IMG/VR virus record: IMGVR_UViG_3300043436_002205
Strand: one strand, 5' to 3'
From: a virus
Lineage: Duplodnaviria > Heunggongvirae > Uroviricota > Caudoviricetes
Length of the DNA: 28,512 nucleotides
Position numbers and translations under genes: made by a program. Position 1 is the first letter of the stretch, and each line of letters starts with the position of its first letter. Under the pieces are notes generated by a model. The model made no database searches, was not told where the DNA came from, and saw nothing but the letters and a program-made list of their open reading frames with translations. Below are positions 1-9,198 of the stretch, one piece after another.

Positions 1-783
1 TTTCTTCTTCACCGCTGGTTTGTCCTCGATCGAGGCAATCAAACCACTAATGATCGTTTCGATACCTTCGATATGAATCTTTTCTTCTTCAATACGATCG
101 ATATGTTCCTGCATACGTTCACGTATCTTGCTAACTTCGCTTTCACGGATCTTACGGATTGAGTCGTTATGTTCGACTGCGGACTCGATCTTTGATTTGA
201 TTAGATCAATCTGATAGTTATTGTCTGTGATCGATTCCTTATTCAGACTTACACGATCCTTTAGAAGAAGGTTCATTGTACTGAACACCTGAATGTCTAG
301 CAGATCCTCAATAATCTCTCTTCGCTGATAAGCCGGCAGTTCCATAAACGGAACATATGTTGCACTACCAAGGACAACGATCTGATTGAACGACTTGTAG
401 TTTAGACCAAGGATGTTCTGCTCGAGGTATGCCTGATAGTCACGAGCTGCAGCATCCTGGTTGACGAGTTCACCGTTTCGATAGATCTCAAAGATGTTTG
501 GTTTCATACCACGACGAATTCGATAATCGTTGCCGGATACAGTAAAGTCCACTTCAACGACGAGATCTTTTACGTTGATCGTATTAATCAACTGCGGCTT
601 ATTGATCTTACGAAACGGTTTTCCGTATAGAGCAAAGGTAATCGCATCGAGGATAGTACTCTTTCCGCTACCATTCGTTCCGCTCACCAACGTGGTTCTA
701 CTCTTATTAAGTTGTATCTCAGTGAAAACATTCCCGGTCGACAGAATGTTCTTATATCGTATCTTATTAAATTGGATATTCAT
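1..783 (-). CDS. 46: gp46 recombination ATPase (Rad50/SbcC-like), 3' part outside the window
   Basis: Manual translation from ATG at 783: MNIQFNKIRYKNILSTGN...SGTNGSGKSTILDAITFALYGKPFRKINK (Walker A, gp46 signature); follows gp47; absent from the ORF track because it runs off the edge. Confidence 0.95.
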   Translation of the reverse strand, partial: MNIQFNKIRYKNILSTGNVFTEIQLNKSRTTLVSGTNGSGKSTILDAITFALYGKPFRKINKPQLINTINVKDLVVEVDFTVSGNDYRIRRGMKPNIFEIYRNGELVNQDAAARDYQAYLEQNILGLNYKSFNQIVVLGSATYVPFMELPAYQRREIIEDLLDIQVFSTMNLLLKDRVSLNKESITDNNYQIDLIKSKIESAVEHNDSIRKIRESEVSKIRERMQEHIDRIEEEKIHIEGIETIISGLIASIEDKPAVKKK

Positions 784-1844
784 TGTATACTCATTGCCTC
801 AATGTAAAGATCGTCGATAACTTTCTTAATCTTCTTTTTATCAGTCGTGGTTTCGATTGAATCAATATAGTTATGAAGAATATCCTTCGTGTCTTGCGTT
901 TCGTCAAGTATGTCAGAGACTCCAGCCGACTCAAGGTTCAGAGAGTCATCGACCGACTTGACATCGGCTGCGCCAGACTCAGACAGCTTGTTGAGAAACA
1001 TATCGTACAGGTATGAATTGGTTCGATACTTGACGATCACCTTCACGTATGTATTCTTAAGAACGTCTGTATTGATATTCGCAACATCATCGATAGTCAT
1101 ATCACGATCATCATAGTCTATCTTATGAAAGATGCGGTTTGGATTTTCAACAAGCGTGATGTCTCGAGTGTTTGCGTCGAACACATGAAAACCACGACGG
1201 CCTGCATAATCCGACCAAGTCATTTCATACTGTGCGCCAAGGTACTTGATGTTACCATATTCAGACGGATGATGAAAGTGACCGGAGTAGACAGCTTGAA
1301 ACCGCGTAAACACATCCTTTTTCAGACCATGATCGCACACCGATCCCTTTAACATCTCGAAACCTTCGATTGCGAAATGGCCGAGTAGTACTTGAGCATT
1401 CGTCTTTTCGATAGCTTCGAGACAGATGTCCTCATTATCCTTCGTGATCCATGGAACCATCATAAACTGAGTTGAGCCAAATGTCAACTCCTTTGGTTCT
1501 TTCTCGTATATATGAAATTTATCGTACTCTCGAAGCAGCAGATCCATCGAGTTGACTTCATTTGTATTCGTAAAGTATACACTGTGGTTTCCAACGATCG
1601 CATGATACTCGATACCTCGAGCCCAAAGCTGATTAAAGAAGAACTCCTTGACTCTCTTGAGAGTAACATAATTGATGTACTTTCTACGATCAAACGTGTC
1701 ACCAAGGTCAAACACGATACGAATGCCATGTTCGTCAAGATATGGAAAGAATACTTCACGAAAGAATTTCTCTTGATGGTCTAAAAATACTTGACTATCA
1801 CCTCTCACACCAAAGTGTGTATCATTAATAATTGCAATCTTCAT
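780..1844 (-). CDS. 47: gp47 recombination nuclease (Mre11/SbcD-like metallophosphoesterase)
   Basis: DTHFG, GDTFD, GNH and SGHFH motifs; T4 order 55-47-46. Confidence 0.95.
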   Translation of the reverse strand: MKIAIINDTHFGVRGDSQVFLDHQEKFFREVFFPYLDEHGIRIVFDLGDTFDRRKYINYVTLKRVKEFFFNQLWARGIEYHAIVGNHSVYFTNTNEVNSMDLLLREYDKFHIYEKEPKELTFGSTQFMMVPWITKDNEDICLEAIEKTNAQVLLGHFAIEGFEMLKGSVCDHGLKKDVFTRFQAVYSGHFHHPSEYGNIKYLGAQYEMTWSDYAGRRGFHVFDANTRDITLVENPNRIFHKIDYDDRDMTIDDVANINTDVLKNTYVKVIVKYRTNSYLYDMFLNKLSESGAADVKSVDDSLNLESAGVSDILDETQDTKDILHNYIDSIETTTDKKKIKKVIDDLYIEAMSIQ

Positions 1845-1861
1845 TTACGATTTCTTCCCAT

Positions 1862-2380
1862 TCACTTGTCAACGCCGTTAGCTTTTTCTTTACTCTTTGT
1901 CAACTTATTTTCAAAATCTTCAATGAAAGAATTCATATAGTCAGCACTGGTATTGAGATGCAGCTTTACTTCATCAGACTCATATGTTTCACCGTTCATC
2001 ATCATGTTATGGGACGATTTAAAACGAATGTACATCTGCTTCTTTTCTTTTTGAATTCTTCGAAGAAACGCATACCAGATCACCTGAGTAAAGTATGCGA
2101 ATGGATTTGAAGACTTCATATGATCGAAATTGTTGATATACAGCAGACAGTTCTCAATACCGTCCATGATCATATCTTCTTTATATGAATACCCTGAAAA
2201 GTTTGGTTTGGTCGCCAATCTCGTTGCAATCTGATATATGCACTCACCGATGTAGTTTGGAACCTTCGGTATCTCGTCGCCTTGATCTTCAGCCTCTTTG
2301 CACTTGTTCTTGTAGTTGATAAGAGCTTCGAGTAAGTCTTTGTTGTTAACGTAGTTTCTTTTAATTCTTTTTTGTGTCAT
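1862..2380 (-). CDS. 55: gp55 late-transcription sigma factor
   Basis: NYVNNKDL, PNFSGYSYKEDMIMDGIENCL, NPFAYFTQ..YAFLRRIQKEKKQ. Confidence 0.95.
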   Translation of the reverse strand: MTQKRIKRNYVNNKDLLEALINYKNKCKEAEDQGDEIPKVPNYIGECIYQIATRLATKPNFSGYSYKEDMIMDGIENCLLYINNFDHMKSSNPFAYFTQVIWYAFLRRIQKEKKQMYIRFKSSHNMMMNGETYESDEVKLHLNTSADYMNSFIEDFENKLTKSKEKANGVDK

Positions 2381-2543
2381 AAGGAGCCCTTCTTATACTA
2401 ACGTATTGTTATAATATAAACCAAAATAGAAAAATGTCAACTACTTAGTGACCGATAACTTATTTCGTTATAGATGCATTTTTTGGTTGACATTTCCTGT
2501 AGAGCTTGTATAATCAGAATTAATATTCTGGCAGTTGTGGAAT

Positions 2544-4037
2544 CTACTCCAATGGAATCGTGTAGATCTTAAACTCAAACTGTTCCGATGAGTAGATCTC
2601 GATACGACGTCTGAAGTGGTTCAGAGTATAGTTCGTAAACTCTCCGATAGAGAGATCGTCTGCGATGTCGTAGAGAGTTGCTTTGTCGGATCCGTTTCCT
2701 TTTCGCAAGGATCTTCCGATAGACTGAAGTACTTTGATCTCTGACTTTGATCCAGATGCAAAGATAACATTGTCCAAACGTTTAATGTTGACACCTGTTG
2801 AAAACACTCCGTAGGAGGCAAGGATGTCATGCTTTTTTTCTGGATCATTCTCGACCAAGTGACGTATAGCTTCACGGTCTTCCCCATCGACTCCACCATA
2901 TATAAAATGGAGTTCACGATCGCCTCTGCGAAGCAGAGGCTCGAGGACCTTACCATGTTTTTCGACCAAGTCAAATAGAATAAGATTGTTCTGACCCTTG
3001 AGAGACCAGACAAGGTTTCGAATGAAAAGATTTCTTTTTTCGTTGGTTATCAGATATTCTCTTTCAGCAGGCCACTTTTTCTGTTTCACCTTTATGGTGT
3101 TGAGTGCCTTACGAAACTCTTTCTTCTTATCCTCTGGGTACTGAAGAACGAGAGCGTTTACCTTAAACTCTGCGACGGTTCCATCGTCTATCAGATCCTT
3201 CGTTTTCACGTATCGCTTTATGCTACCGAAGCAGCCTTCGAGAACAAGGTGGTGAGCTTTACTCTCTGAAGAGATCGTGCCTGTGAACCCGTGACGATAT
3301 GGAGCATTCGTTAGCTTTTCCATGATCGTTGTGAGAGATTTTGCTTGGAACAAATGAGCTTCGTCTCCAAGTACTACACGGAACTGATCAAACCATTCCT
3401 TCGGCTGCTTGATGAGCGACTGCCAAGTACTGATTACGATTGGCGCTACTGTTTCCTTATCAACACCGCCCTGTATCTTGTACACTAACTTAGGATCGCA
3501 TCCATAGTCAACAAAGTCTCCAGCCATCTGATGAACGAGAGAAATCGTTGGAACGATAATCAGAGTCCTGTGACCAAAGCACTGATAGTAGTGTTGCTGT
3601 ATTAAATATATGATGAGTGACTTACCAGAAGAAGTCGGCGATAACGAAAGCGATCTACGAGATCTGAGAGCATTCACTATGTAGTCGTTCTGATAGTCAC
3701 GAGGAGAAAACTTTGAGTTGATCTCCTTGGCGATTTCGTAACCATAATCATCCGGAATATCTTCCGGCTTGATCATATCATCTGGAGCATCCAGAGTATA
3801 GTTACGATCATCGCAAAATTTTTTGAGGTAGTTGAGTAGTCCCGTGTATAGAACCGGTCTGAGTGGCTGATATAATCTGACGTAGCCGTCCCAGACTCTT
3901 GCTTTGAACGCCGGTGAGAATTGATAGCCTTCTGGGCGAAATGAAAAGTAGTTCATTATCTCCTGACGTATAGCAGGATCTGCGAGCACTTTCATATGCA
4001 CATCATTAAGACTCTCTACTCTAACTACGTCACCCAT
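2544..4037 (-). CDS. uvsW: UvsW SF2 DNA/RNA helicase
   Basis: PRDYQ, SPTSSGKS, DEAH, QSIGR motifs; likely start is ATG at 4037, coupled to the uvsY stop. Confidence 0.95.
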   Translation of the reverse strand: MGDVVRVESLNDVHMKVLADPAIRQEIMNYFSFRPEGYQFSPAFKARVWDGYVRLYQPLRPVLYTGLLNYLKKFCDDRNYTLDAPDDMIKPEDIPDDYGYEIAKEINSKFSPRDYQNDYIVNALRSRRSLSLSPTSSGKSLIIYLIQQHYYQCFGHRTLIIVPTISLVHQMAGDFVDYGCDPKLVYKIQGGVDKETVAPIVISTWQSLIKQPKEWFDQFRVVLGDEAHLFQAKSLTTIMEKLTNAPYRHGFTGTISSESKAHHLVLEGCFGSIKRYVKTKDLIDDGTVAEFKVNALVLQYPEDKKKEFRKALNTIKVKQKKWPAEREYLITNEKRNLFIRNLVWSLKGQNNLILFDLVEKHGKVLEPLLRRGDRELHFIYGGVDGEDREAIRHLVENDPEKKHDILASYGVFSTGVNIKRLDNVIFASGSKSEIKVLQSIGRSLRKGNGSDKATLYDIADDLSIGEFTNYTLNHFRRRIEIYSSEQFEFKIYTIPLE

Positions 4038-4477
4038 TATCCACCGCCAGCTTGAAACTTTGACCAATCTATCATATTCTTAATGATATAATTTCTATTA
4101 TTTATCTGTCTCACGATGTTTTCTAGATACTTGGCGTTTTCCTCGTAGAACGAGATCTTAAGACTCAGTTCAATAACTTCTTTGTCGCTCTGAACATATC
4201 TCTCCATGTCGTTCTTAAGAACCTTAAGTGCAAAAGGTTTCCACCCTCTTTCCTTGAGTTCGAGCTCATCCATACTTCCGCTATAGTATTCGGTCTTCGC
4301 CTTCTCGAGTTCGATGAGATCGGCCTTGAGCTTCTTTATCTTAAGAGCTTCTTTATAGAATAGATTATAGTACTTATTATGAAGCTCAGGAATGCGTGCT
4401 GACTCGCGAAATAAATTCGTTTCGTCAATCTTGCAGTCCTGAGCCCACATCTGATTAATTTTTTCAATGTCCATCAC
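4037..4477 (-). CDS. uvsY: UvsY recombination mediator
   Basis: W..D..ID...L..ES..IP.LH.KY and IKNMIDW.KF; adjacent to uvsW. Confidence 0.9.
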   Translation of the reverse strand: MMDIEKINQMWAQDCKIDETNLFRESARIPELHNKYYNLFYKEALKIKKLKADLIELEKAKTEYYSGSMDELELKERGWKPFALKVLKNDMERYVQSDKEVIELSLKISFYEENAKYLENIVRQINNRNYIIKNMIDWSKFQAGGG

Positions 4478-4528
4478 AGAACTCCATCATACAAATAATT
4501 ATAACTATATTATAATATTAGGAAAATG

Positions 4529-4981
4529 TCAATCGCTTTCTGATTTCAAAAGCTTTTCATAAGCTTCTGAATCAACGACGCCTTCCTTCAGAAGTCTCTC
4601 ACGATTTACTCTATGCATATCCTGAACGTTATCCTTTGAGTCTCCAAAGTATGGAACAGCATGGCCTTCTTCAATAAGCATTGAACACGCAGTCTTGTCA
4701 CCTAGAACGAAGTCACCAAGTATTCTTCCAAATTTCTCGTCACTCTTTCCTGGCTTCTGAGTTCTCAGGATAGCAGTTTCACCGAGTATCTCGCCAAGTC
4801 TTTTCTTTGCGGCAAGACCAAAGATCTTTTCGACTTCGTCAGAAGTTCTGCTCTCTGGAGTATCAATACCCATGATGCGAACTCTTTCGTTTCTTAGCCA
4901 TACACCAAATCCTAGGTCAATGTCAACATCAACCGTATCCCCGTCGACAACACGGAGAATAGCGCATCTATATTCGTACAT
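4529..4981 (-). CDS. Thermonuclease (SNase-like) family nuclease
   Basis: VVDGDTVDV, RVRIMGIDTPE, KFGRILG. Confidence 0.85.
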   Translation of the reverse strand: MYEYRCAILRVVDGDTVDVDIDLGFGVWLRNERVRIMGIDTPESRTSDEVEKIFGLAAKKRLGEILGETAILRTQKPGKSDEKFGRILGDFVLGDKTACSMLIEEGHAVPYFGDSKDNVQDMHRVNRERLLKEGVVDSEAYEKLLKSESD

Positions 4982-4992
4982 TTAAAATTTCC

Positions 4993-5478
4993 TTATAGTT
5001 TAGTTATTGTGAAGTTTTTGAAGGCAAACGTCACCGTAGCTTGTGGATACACAACATCACTCTGAGTTGTGTCAAGCGTAACATCAGATAAACTCACTGG
5101 GAAACAGTCTTGAAATTGAATTTCGATATTCGGATTTTTATGACTGTTCATTATCACGATAGAGATATCAGTAAGTAATCCGTACTCACTATTCTTTAGG
5201 TTTTTGAATTGATCATAGTTTTCTGGAAAGGTTATGCCCTTCATCCAATTGAAAACTTCGATATAGTTGTTCATAGACTCGTCTATGATAAATGCAATGG
5301 GTAGATCGCCGAACGTTAGTCTATCTCCAGTAATCGGAATAGGCTTAAACGGGTTTGGCTGTTCTATAACTTGTAGAGACAAGGAAGGTATGTTTACTGT
5401 CTGTGTAAAGAACTGAACATTCGGTAGTCTCTTAACTGAGACCACGAACTCAAGTGGAGACATATAATTTGGTATCAT
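4993..5478 (-). CDS. 3: gp3-like tail tube terminator / tail completion protein
   Basis: NYMSPLEF...VQFFTQTVNIP...GDRL.FGDL...F.IDE...NY.E..NW..G..FP; minus-strand late promoter at 5521-5528. Confidence 0.8.
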   Translation of the reverse strand: MIPNYMSPLEFVVSVKRLPNVQFFTQTVNIPSLSLQVIEQPNPFKPIPITGDRLTFGDLPIAFIIDESMNNYIEVFNWMKGITFPENYDQFKNLKNSEYGLLTDISIVIMNSHKNPNIEIQFQDCFPVSLSDVTLDTTQSDVVYPQATVTFAFKNFTITKL

Positions 5479-5571
5479 ACCATTTTCCTGTTTACATTCT
5501 TATAGAATTGGTGTACTATCTATTTATAAAGAAGTATAAATATAAGGTATTAAACGTTAAAGGAATGCGGC

Positions 5572-5655
5572 ATGGTTTACGTAAACAAGTCGTATTTGGC
5601 ATTTATGTTTGATGATCCCTGCGATAACTGTACACATTGGTGTGGATTTGTTTAA
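5572..5655 (+). CDS. Possible 27-aa peptide with a CxxCxHxC motif
   Basis: MVYVNKSYLAFMFDDPCDNCTHWCGFV*; AAGGA RBS; stop overlaps the next ATG. Confidence 0.35.
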   Translation: MVYVNKSYLAFMFDDPCDNCTHWCGFV

Positions 5656-6356
5656 TGAAAAAGTACGTATTTGATGTTGATGGAACTCTTACACCGAGCA
5701 GATGTAAGATTGACGAAGAATTCCTCAAGTGGTTCAAAGATTTTTGTATTCGCAATGAAGTGTACTTAGTCACTGGTTCCGATTATGAAAAGACTCAAGA
5801 ACAGCTAGGAGATGACCTCCTCAGGTGGCCTATCTTTGTCTATAACTGTTCAGGCAATGATGTATGGGCAAAAGGTAAGAGAATAAGATCTGACGCTTGG
5901 AAAGCACCAGAAGAATTGGTGTCGACTCTTGAGATGTTCTTGGAAAATAGTCGTTTTAAATTAAGAACGGGGAGACATATAGAACATCGTCCTGGTGCGC
6001 TTAACTTTAGTATCGTAGGTCGTAACGCGAGTATGCAAGATCGTCATTCATACGTAGAGTGGGATCAAAAGACCAAAGAGCGCGAAATTCTTGCAAAAAA
6101 GATCAACACTTTATTTCCAAACTTAACTGCGAGTGTAGGTGGCGAAACTGGTCTTGACATCTATCCAAAAGGAAAGGATAAGTCTCAGATACTGAAAGAC
6201 TTCGACGAAGAAGATATTATATACTTCTTTGGAGACAGAATGGAACCAACCGGAAACGATTATCCTCTTGGATCGAAACTTAAGAGTCCAAGTAAAGCAT
6301 TTCACGTAAAAGATTGGCAGCATACTTTTGAACTTCTAAAGGAGATTGGCGATTGA
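5655..6356 (+). CDS. HAD-IIB hydrolase, phosphomannomutase-like
   Basis: FDVDGTLT, VTGSD, IE.R...LNFS..GR, FFGD...GNDYP. Confidence 0.85.
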   Translation: MKKYVFDVDGTLTPSRCKIDEEFLKWFKDFCIRNEVYLVTGSDYEKTQEQLGDDLLRWPIFVYNCSGNDVWAKGKRIRSDAWKAPEELVSTLEMFLENSRFKLRTGRHIEHRPGALNFSIVGRNASMQDRHSYVEWDQKTKEREILAKKINTLFPNLTASVGGETGLDIYPKGKDKSQILKDFDEEDIIYFFGDRMEPTGNDYPLGSKLKSPSKAFHVKDWQHTFELLKEIGD

Positions 6357-6772
6357 CAATTGGTATCGTAGCTTCTTCGTTTGATCTATTACACGCCGGC
6401 CACATAATGATGCTCCGTGAAGCAAAATCAAAGTGTGATCATCTTATCGCAGCAATACAGACGGATCCTACAGTTGATCGGCCAGAAAAGAATACGCCGG
6501 TTCAGACCATCGTAGAGAGATACATACAGTTATCAGCAGTCAAGTATGTTGACGAGATCATCGTGTATACTACTGAGCAGGACCTCGAAGATATTCTTGA
6601 GATGTATCCTATCGACATTCGAGTTCTTGGAGAAGAGTATCGTGACAAAGACTTTACTGGTCGCGAGATCTGTAAGAGACGTGGTATCCAACTCTACTTC
6701 AACAAGAGAGATCATCGCTTTAGCTCAAGTGATCTACGAAAAAGAGTTACGAACAAAGAAAAAGACGGTTGA
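6353..6772 (+). CDS. Cytidylyltransferase (TagD-like)
   Basis: FDLLHAGH (HxGH), ER...L...KYVD, SSS motif; TTG start. Confidence 0.85.
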   Translation: MTIGIVASSFDLLHAGHIMMLREAKSKCDHLIAAIQTDPTVDRPEKNTPVQTIVERYIQLSAVKYVDEIIVYTTEQDLEDILEMYPIDIRVLGEEYRDKDFTGREICKRRGIQLYFNKRDHRFSSSDLRKRVTNKEKDG

Positions 6773-6797
6773 CATTCTTTTAGAATCAGTATAATCT
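6769..6797 (+). promoter_or_regulatory. sigma70 promoter with spacer GAATCAG
   Basis: TTGACA-ttcttttaGAATCAGta-TAATCT. Confidence 0.8.
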
Positions 6798-6822
6798 AGA
6801 ATATATCAAAAGGAGGACTGTG

Positions 6823-6999
6823 ATGGAACCCCGCTTTGTTATCTTTGTAGAAACTGTGACTGGTGAAATTGTTCGAGCCTTTACGTGGTGTCGAGACGAA
6901 GCTTCAGGCTTGGCTCGTGCTCGGAAGGACTGTATTGAATTTGGATATGGCTCACCGACTCGCGTCTGGGCTGAAAAGATTGAGGTTTCAAACAAGTGA
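6823..6999 (+). CDS. Hypothetical protein, 58 aa
   Basis: MEPRFVIFVETVTGEIVRAFTWCRDE...; AGGAGG RBS downstream of a promoter; overlaps the tilS start. Confidence 0.7.
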   Translation: MEPRFVIFVETVTGEIVRAFTWCRDEASGLARARKDCIEFGYGSPTRVWAEKIEVSNK

Positions 7000-7607
7000 T
7001 TCAAATTCAAGGCCCTCTTAATCGAGAGGTCTACGTTGCGTGTTCGGGTGGAGTCGACTCAATGGCTGTCGTAGATCTCTTGATGAAGAATCATAAAGTC
7101 AACATGTTATTCTTTAATCACGACACAGAAACGTCTCGTAGTGCAATAAGTTTTCTTGAAGAAAAATACTATGCAAGCATTTCCTTTGCTGGAACAAAAC
7201 TCGAAGTAGGTTCTATCAGAGGTAAGAAAGAACGTTCTGAGTCTTGGGAAGAGTATTGGCGAAATCAAAGATACTCGTGGTTTCATTCTTTCGATGTTCC
7301 AGTGATTACAGCTCATCATTTGGACGATTGCGTAGAGACTTGGATCTGGTCATCGATGCACGGAGAAGGAAAGATCATTCCTTATTCGAACAAGAATGTG
7401 ATTCGTCCGTTTCGACTGAATCGCAAGTCTGAGTTTACGAACTGGTGCCGCAACAAAAATGTATCTTGGATCGAAGACTCTTCAAACTCTGATACAAAGT
7501 ACATGCGAAACTTTATTCGTCAAGAGATTGTTCCAAAGGCGATGATTGTGAACCCTGGACTGCATAAAGTAATTCGTAAAAAGATTTTGGCAGACACTTC
7601 TTTATAA
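6996..7607 (+). CDS. tilS: tRNA(Ile)-lysidine synthetase, catalytic domain only
   Basis: SGGVDS PP-loop, TAHHLDDCVET, IRP, EDSSN...YMRNFIR. Confidence 0.85.
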   Translation: MIQIQGPLNREVYVACSGGVDSMAVVDLLMKNHKVNMLFFNHDTETSRSAISFLEEKYYASISFAGTKLEVGSIRGKKERSESWEEYWRNQRYSWFHSFDVPVITAHHLDDCVETWIWSSMHGEGKIIPYSNKNVIRPFRLNRKSEFTNWCRNKNVSWIEDSSNSDTKYMRNFIRQEIVPKAMIVNPGLHKVIRKKILADTSL

Positions 7608-7610
7608 ATA
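7603..7610 (+). promoter_or_regulatory. T4-type late promoter TATAAATA (also at 5535, 10171, 15423, 20485, 21674, 25468, 27340 and minus strand 5521-5528)
   Basis: Exact gp55 consensus upstream of genes; gp55 is encoded in the window. Confidence 0.8.
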
Positions 7611-7647
7611 GTTGTGAACCACTCATCAACTAGAAAGAATATTCGCC

Positions 7648-8628
7648 GTGCCAGTTAAACCAAGCGGAACTCCTCTAACTACGACAGAGATACAGACAGA
7701 ATTTGGCGATCCGGCGCCGATTAGCTTTTCTGAGTACTATGGTTTAGCAAGTGGAATACCATCATCTGGCGCGATACCTATGTCTACCTTTTATGGTAAA
7801 ACTTTTCTAATAATTGATAGGATCACATCTTCTGGAACATGGTCTCCAAGACCAAACTTAGCAAGATTCATACACATATTTGTTGTTGGTGCTGGTGGTT
7901 CCGGCGGAATGGCTTGGCCTGCAAGAAACGTAGGTTTTTTTGGTAATACTGACGGTGTCGCAGGTGGAAGCGGCGGCGGAGCCGGTGGAGTTGCGTATAG
8001 TCGCATAACAGGGACAACTACTGGTTCTGCTACTGTTACTGTTGGAACCGGTGGTACTGGAGTTGGCGTTACTGGTGAAAGAAGTGCCGTAAACGGAAAT
8101 GCCGGCACGGCATCCAGTTTTATAGGACTAGGTTTAAATATGTCCGCGGGCGGTGGAGGTGGTGGACCGGGCGGACAGAACACAGACGGCGGGAATACTA
8201 GCCTGACTCGTGTAGGCGGAACCGGCGGATCTGCATCCGGCGGTAATCAATCAAACCTCACAGGTGGCTCTGGCGGTGGATTTAGCGTAAGTGGAAGCAA
8301 CCCACGTACATCTGCGGCTGGTGGTGGTGCACCGAGATTTTTAACTGCTAATAACGGCACGGCTACAAATTCCACAACAGACGCTACAACGCCGGGCATT
8401 AGCGTTTCGTCATACGGCGCATACCCAGCAGTCGCAGCTTATGCAGCCGGTAGATCGCAACCATTCTTAGGATCATCTATCACAGATTTTAATGCATCAG
8501 CTGGAGTTAGAGGTGCTGGTTCGGCAGCTGTAACATATGGCGCTGGAAGCGGTGGCGTGGCAGCAGAAGCTGCAGTTAGGTCTGGCCGCGGTGGCAATGG
8601 GGTTATCATAATCGTGTATGAGGTATAA
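7648..8628 (+). CDS. Glycine-rich virion / tail-fibre-like protein, copy 1
   Basis: VVGAGGSGG, GGGAGG and G.GG.GVIII glycine-rich domain; late promoter at 7603. Confidence 0.7.
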   Translation: MPVKPSGTPLTTTEIQTEFGDPAPISFSEYYGLASGIPSSGAIPMSTFYGKTFLIIDRITSSGTWSPRPNLARFIHIFVVGAGGSGGMAWPARNVGFFGNTDGVAGGSGGGAGGVAYSRITGTTTGSATVTVGTGGTGVGVTGERSAVNGNAGTASSFIGLGLNMSAGGGGGGPGGQNTDGGNTSLTRVGGTGGSASGGNQSNLTGGSGGGFSVSGSNPRTSAAGGGAPRFLTANNGTATNSTTDATTPGISVSSYGAYPAVAAYAAGRSQPFLGSSITDFNASAGVRGAGSAAVTYGAGSGGVAAEAAVRSGRGGNGVIIIVYEV

Positions 8629-8640
8629 TAGGAACCAATC

Positions 8641-9198
8641 ATGAACATCGAACATTTTTACGAAATAAATGAAAGTTTGATCGGTTTAAGCGATCAAGTA
8701 AAAAATAGTGTTATTGAACTCGGGTTTTCTATTCGCGAAACCGGAGAAAGTGTTGCTTTAGTATTGAATTCGTTTGATGCTTTTTCAATGCTTATTGGAA
8801 ATGTTCCCGAAAAAATACGTAATGATTACTTAGACGGAAAATCTACTAAATTTTACGTAGAACTTGAAAGCTTAAATACTGATAAAGTTAGAATATATAC
8901 TAACTATATTGGCGAAGGCATTGAACTGATGGGCTATTATGCAGAAAATGGAGTTATATACGAGACAAAAGTTTATCGCTTTACAGACTTAACTACGTCA
9001 AGTATAGAGAGATACGATTCTAATATGAATTTGATCGACAATAGCGACTTTGACACCGTAGTAGATCTAGATCAATGGACTGGCTCTAGAAGAATAATTG
9101 ATATATCAATAGAAAACAATTATAGAGTTACATGTATAAAAAAGACTCCTAAGAACCAAGTATATCTGTTAGTACGTAACAATGGTGTATCACAATGA
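8641..9198 (+). CDS. Hypothetical protein
   Basis: 185-aa ORF with AGGA RBS between the two glycine-rich paralogues. Confidence 0.7.
   Translation: MNIEHFYEINESLIGLSDQVKNSVIELGFSIRETGESVALVLNSFDAFSMLIGNVPEKIRNDYLDGKSTKFYVELESLNTDKVRIYTNYIGEGIELMGYYAENGVIYETKVYRFTDLTTSSIERYDSNMNLIDNSDFDTVVDLDQWTGSRRIIDISIENNYRVTCIKKTPKNQVYLLVRNNGVSQ

Noticed and set aside
7791-8183. Proline-rich minus-strand ORF
   Set aside because: Reverse complement of glycine codons in the plus-strand gene.
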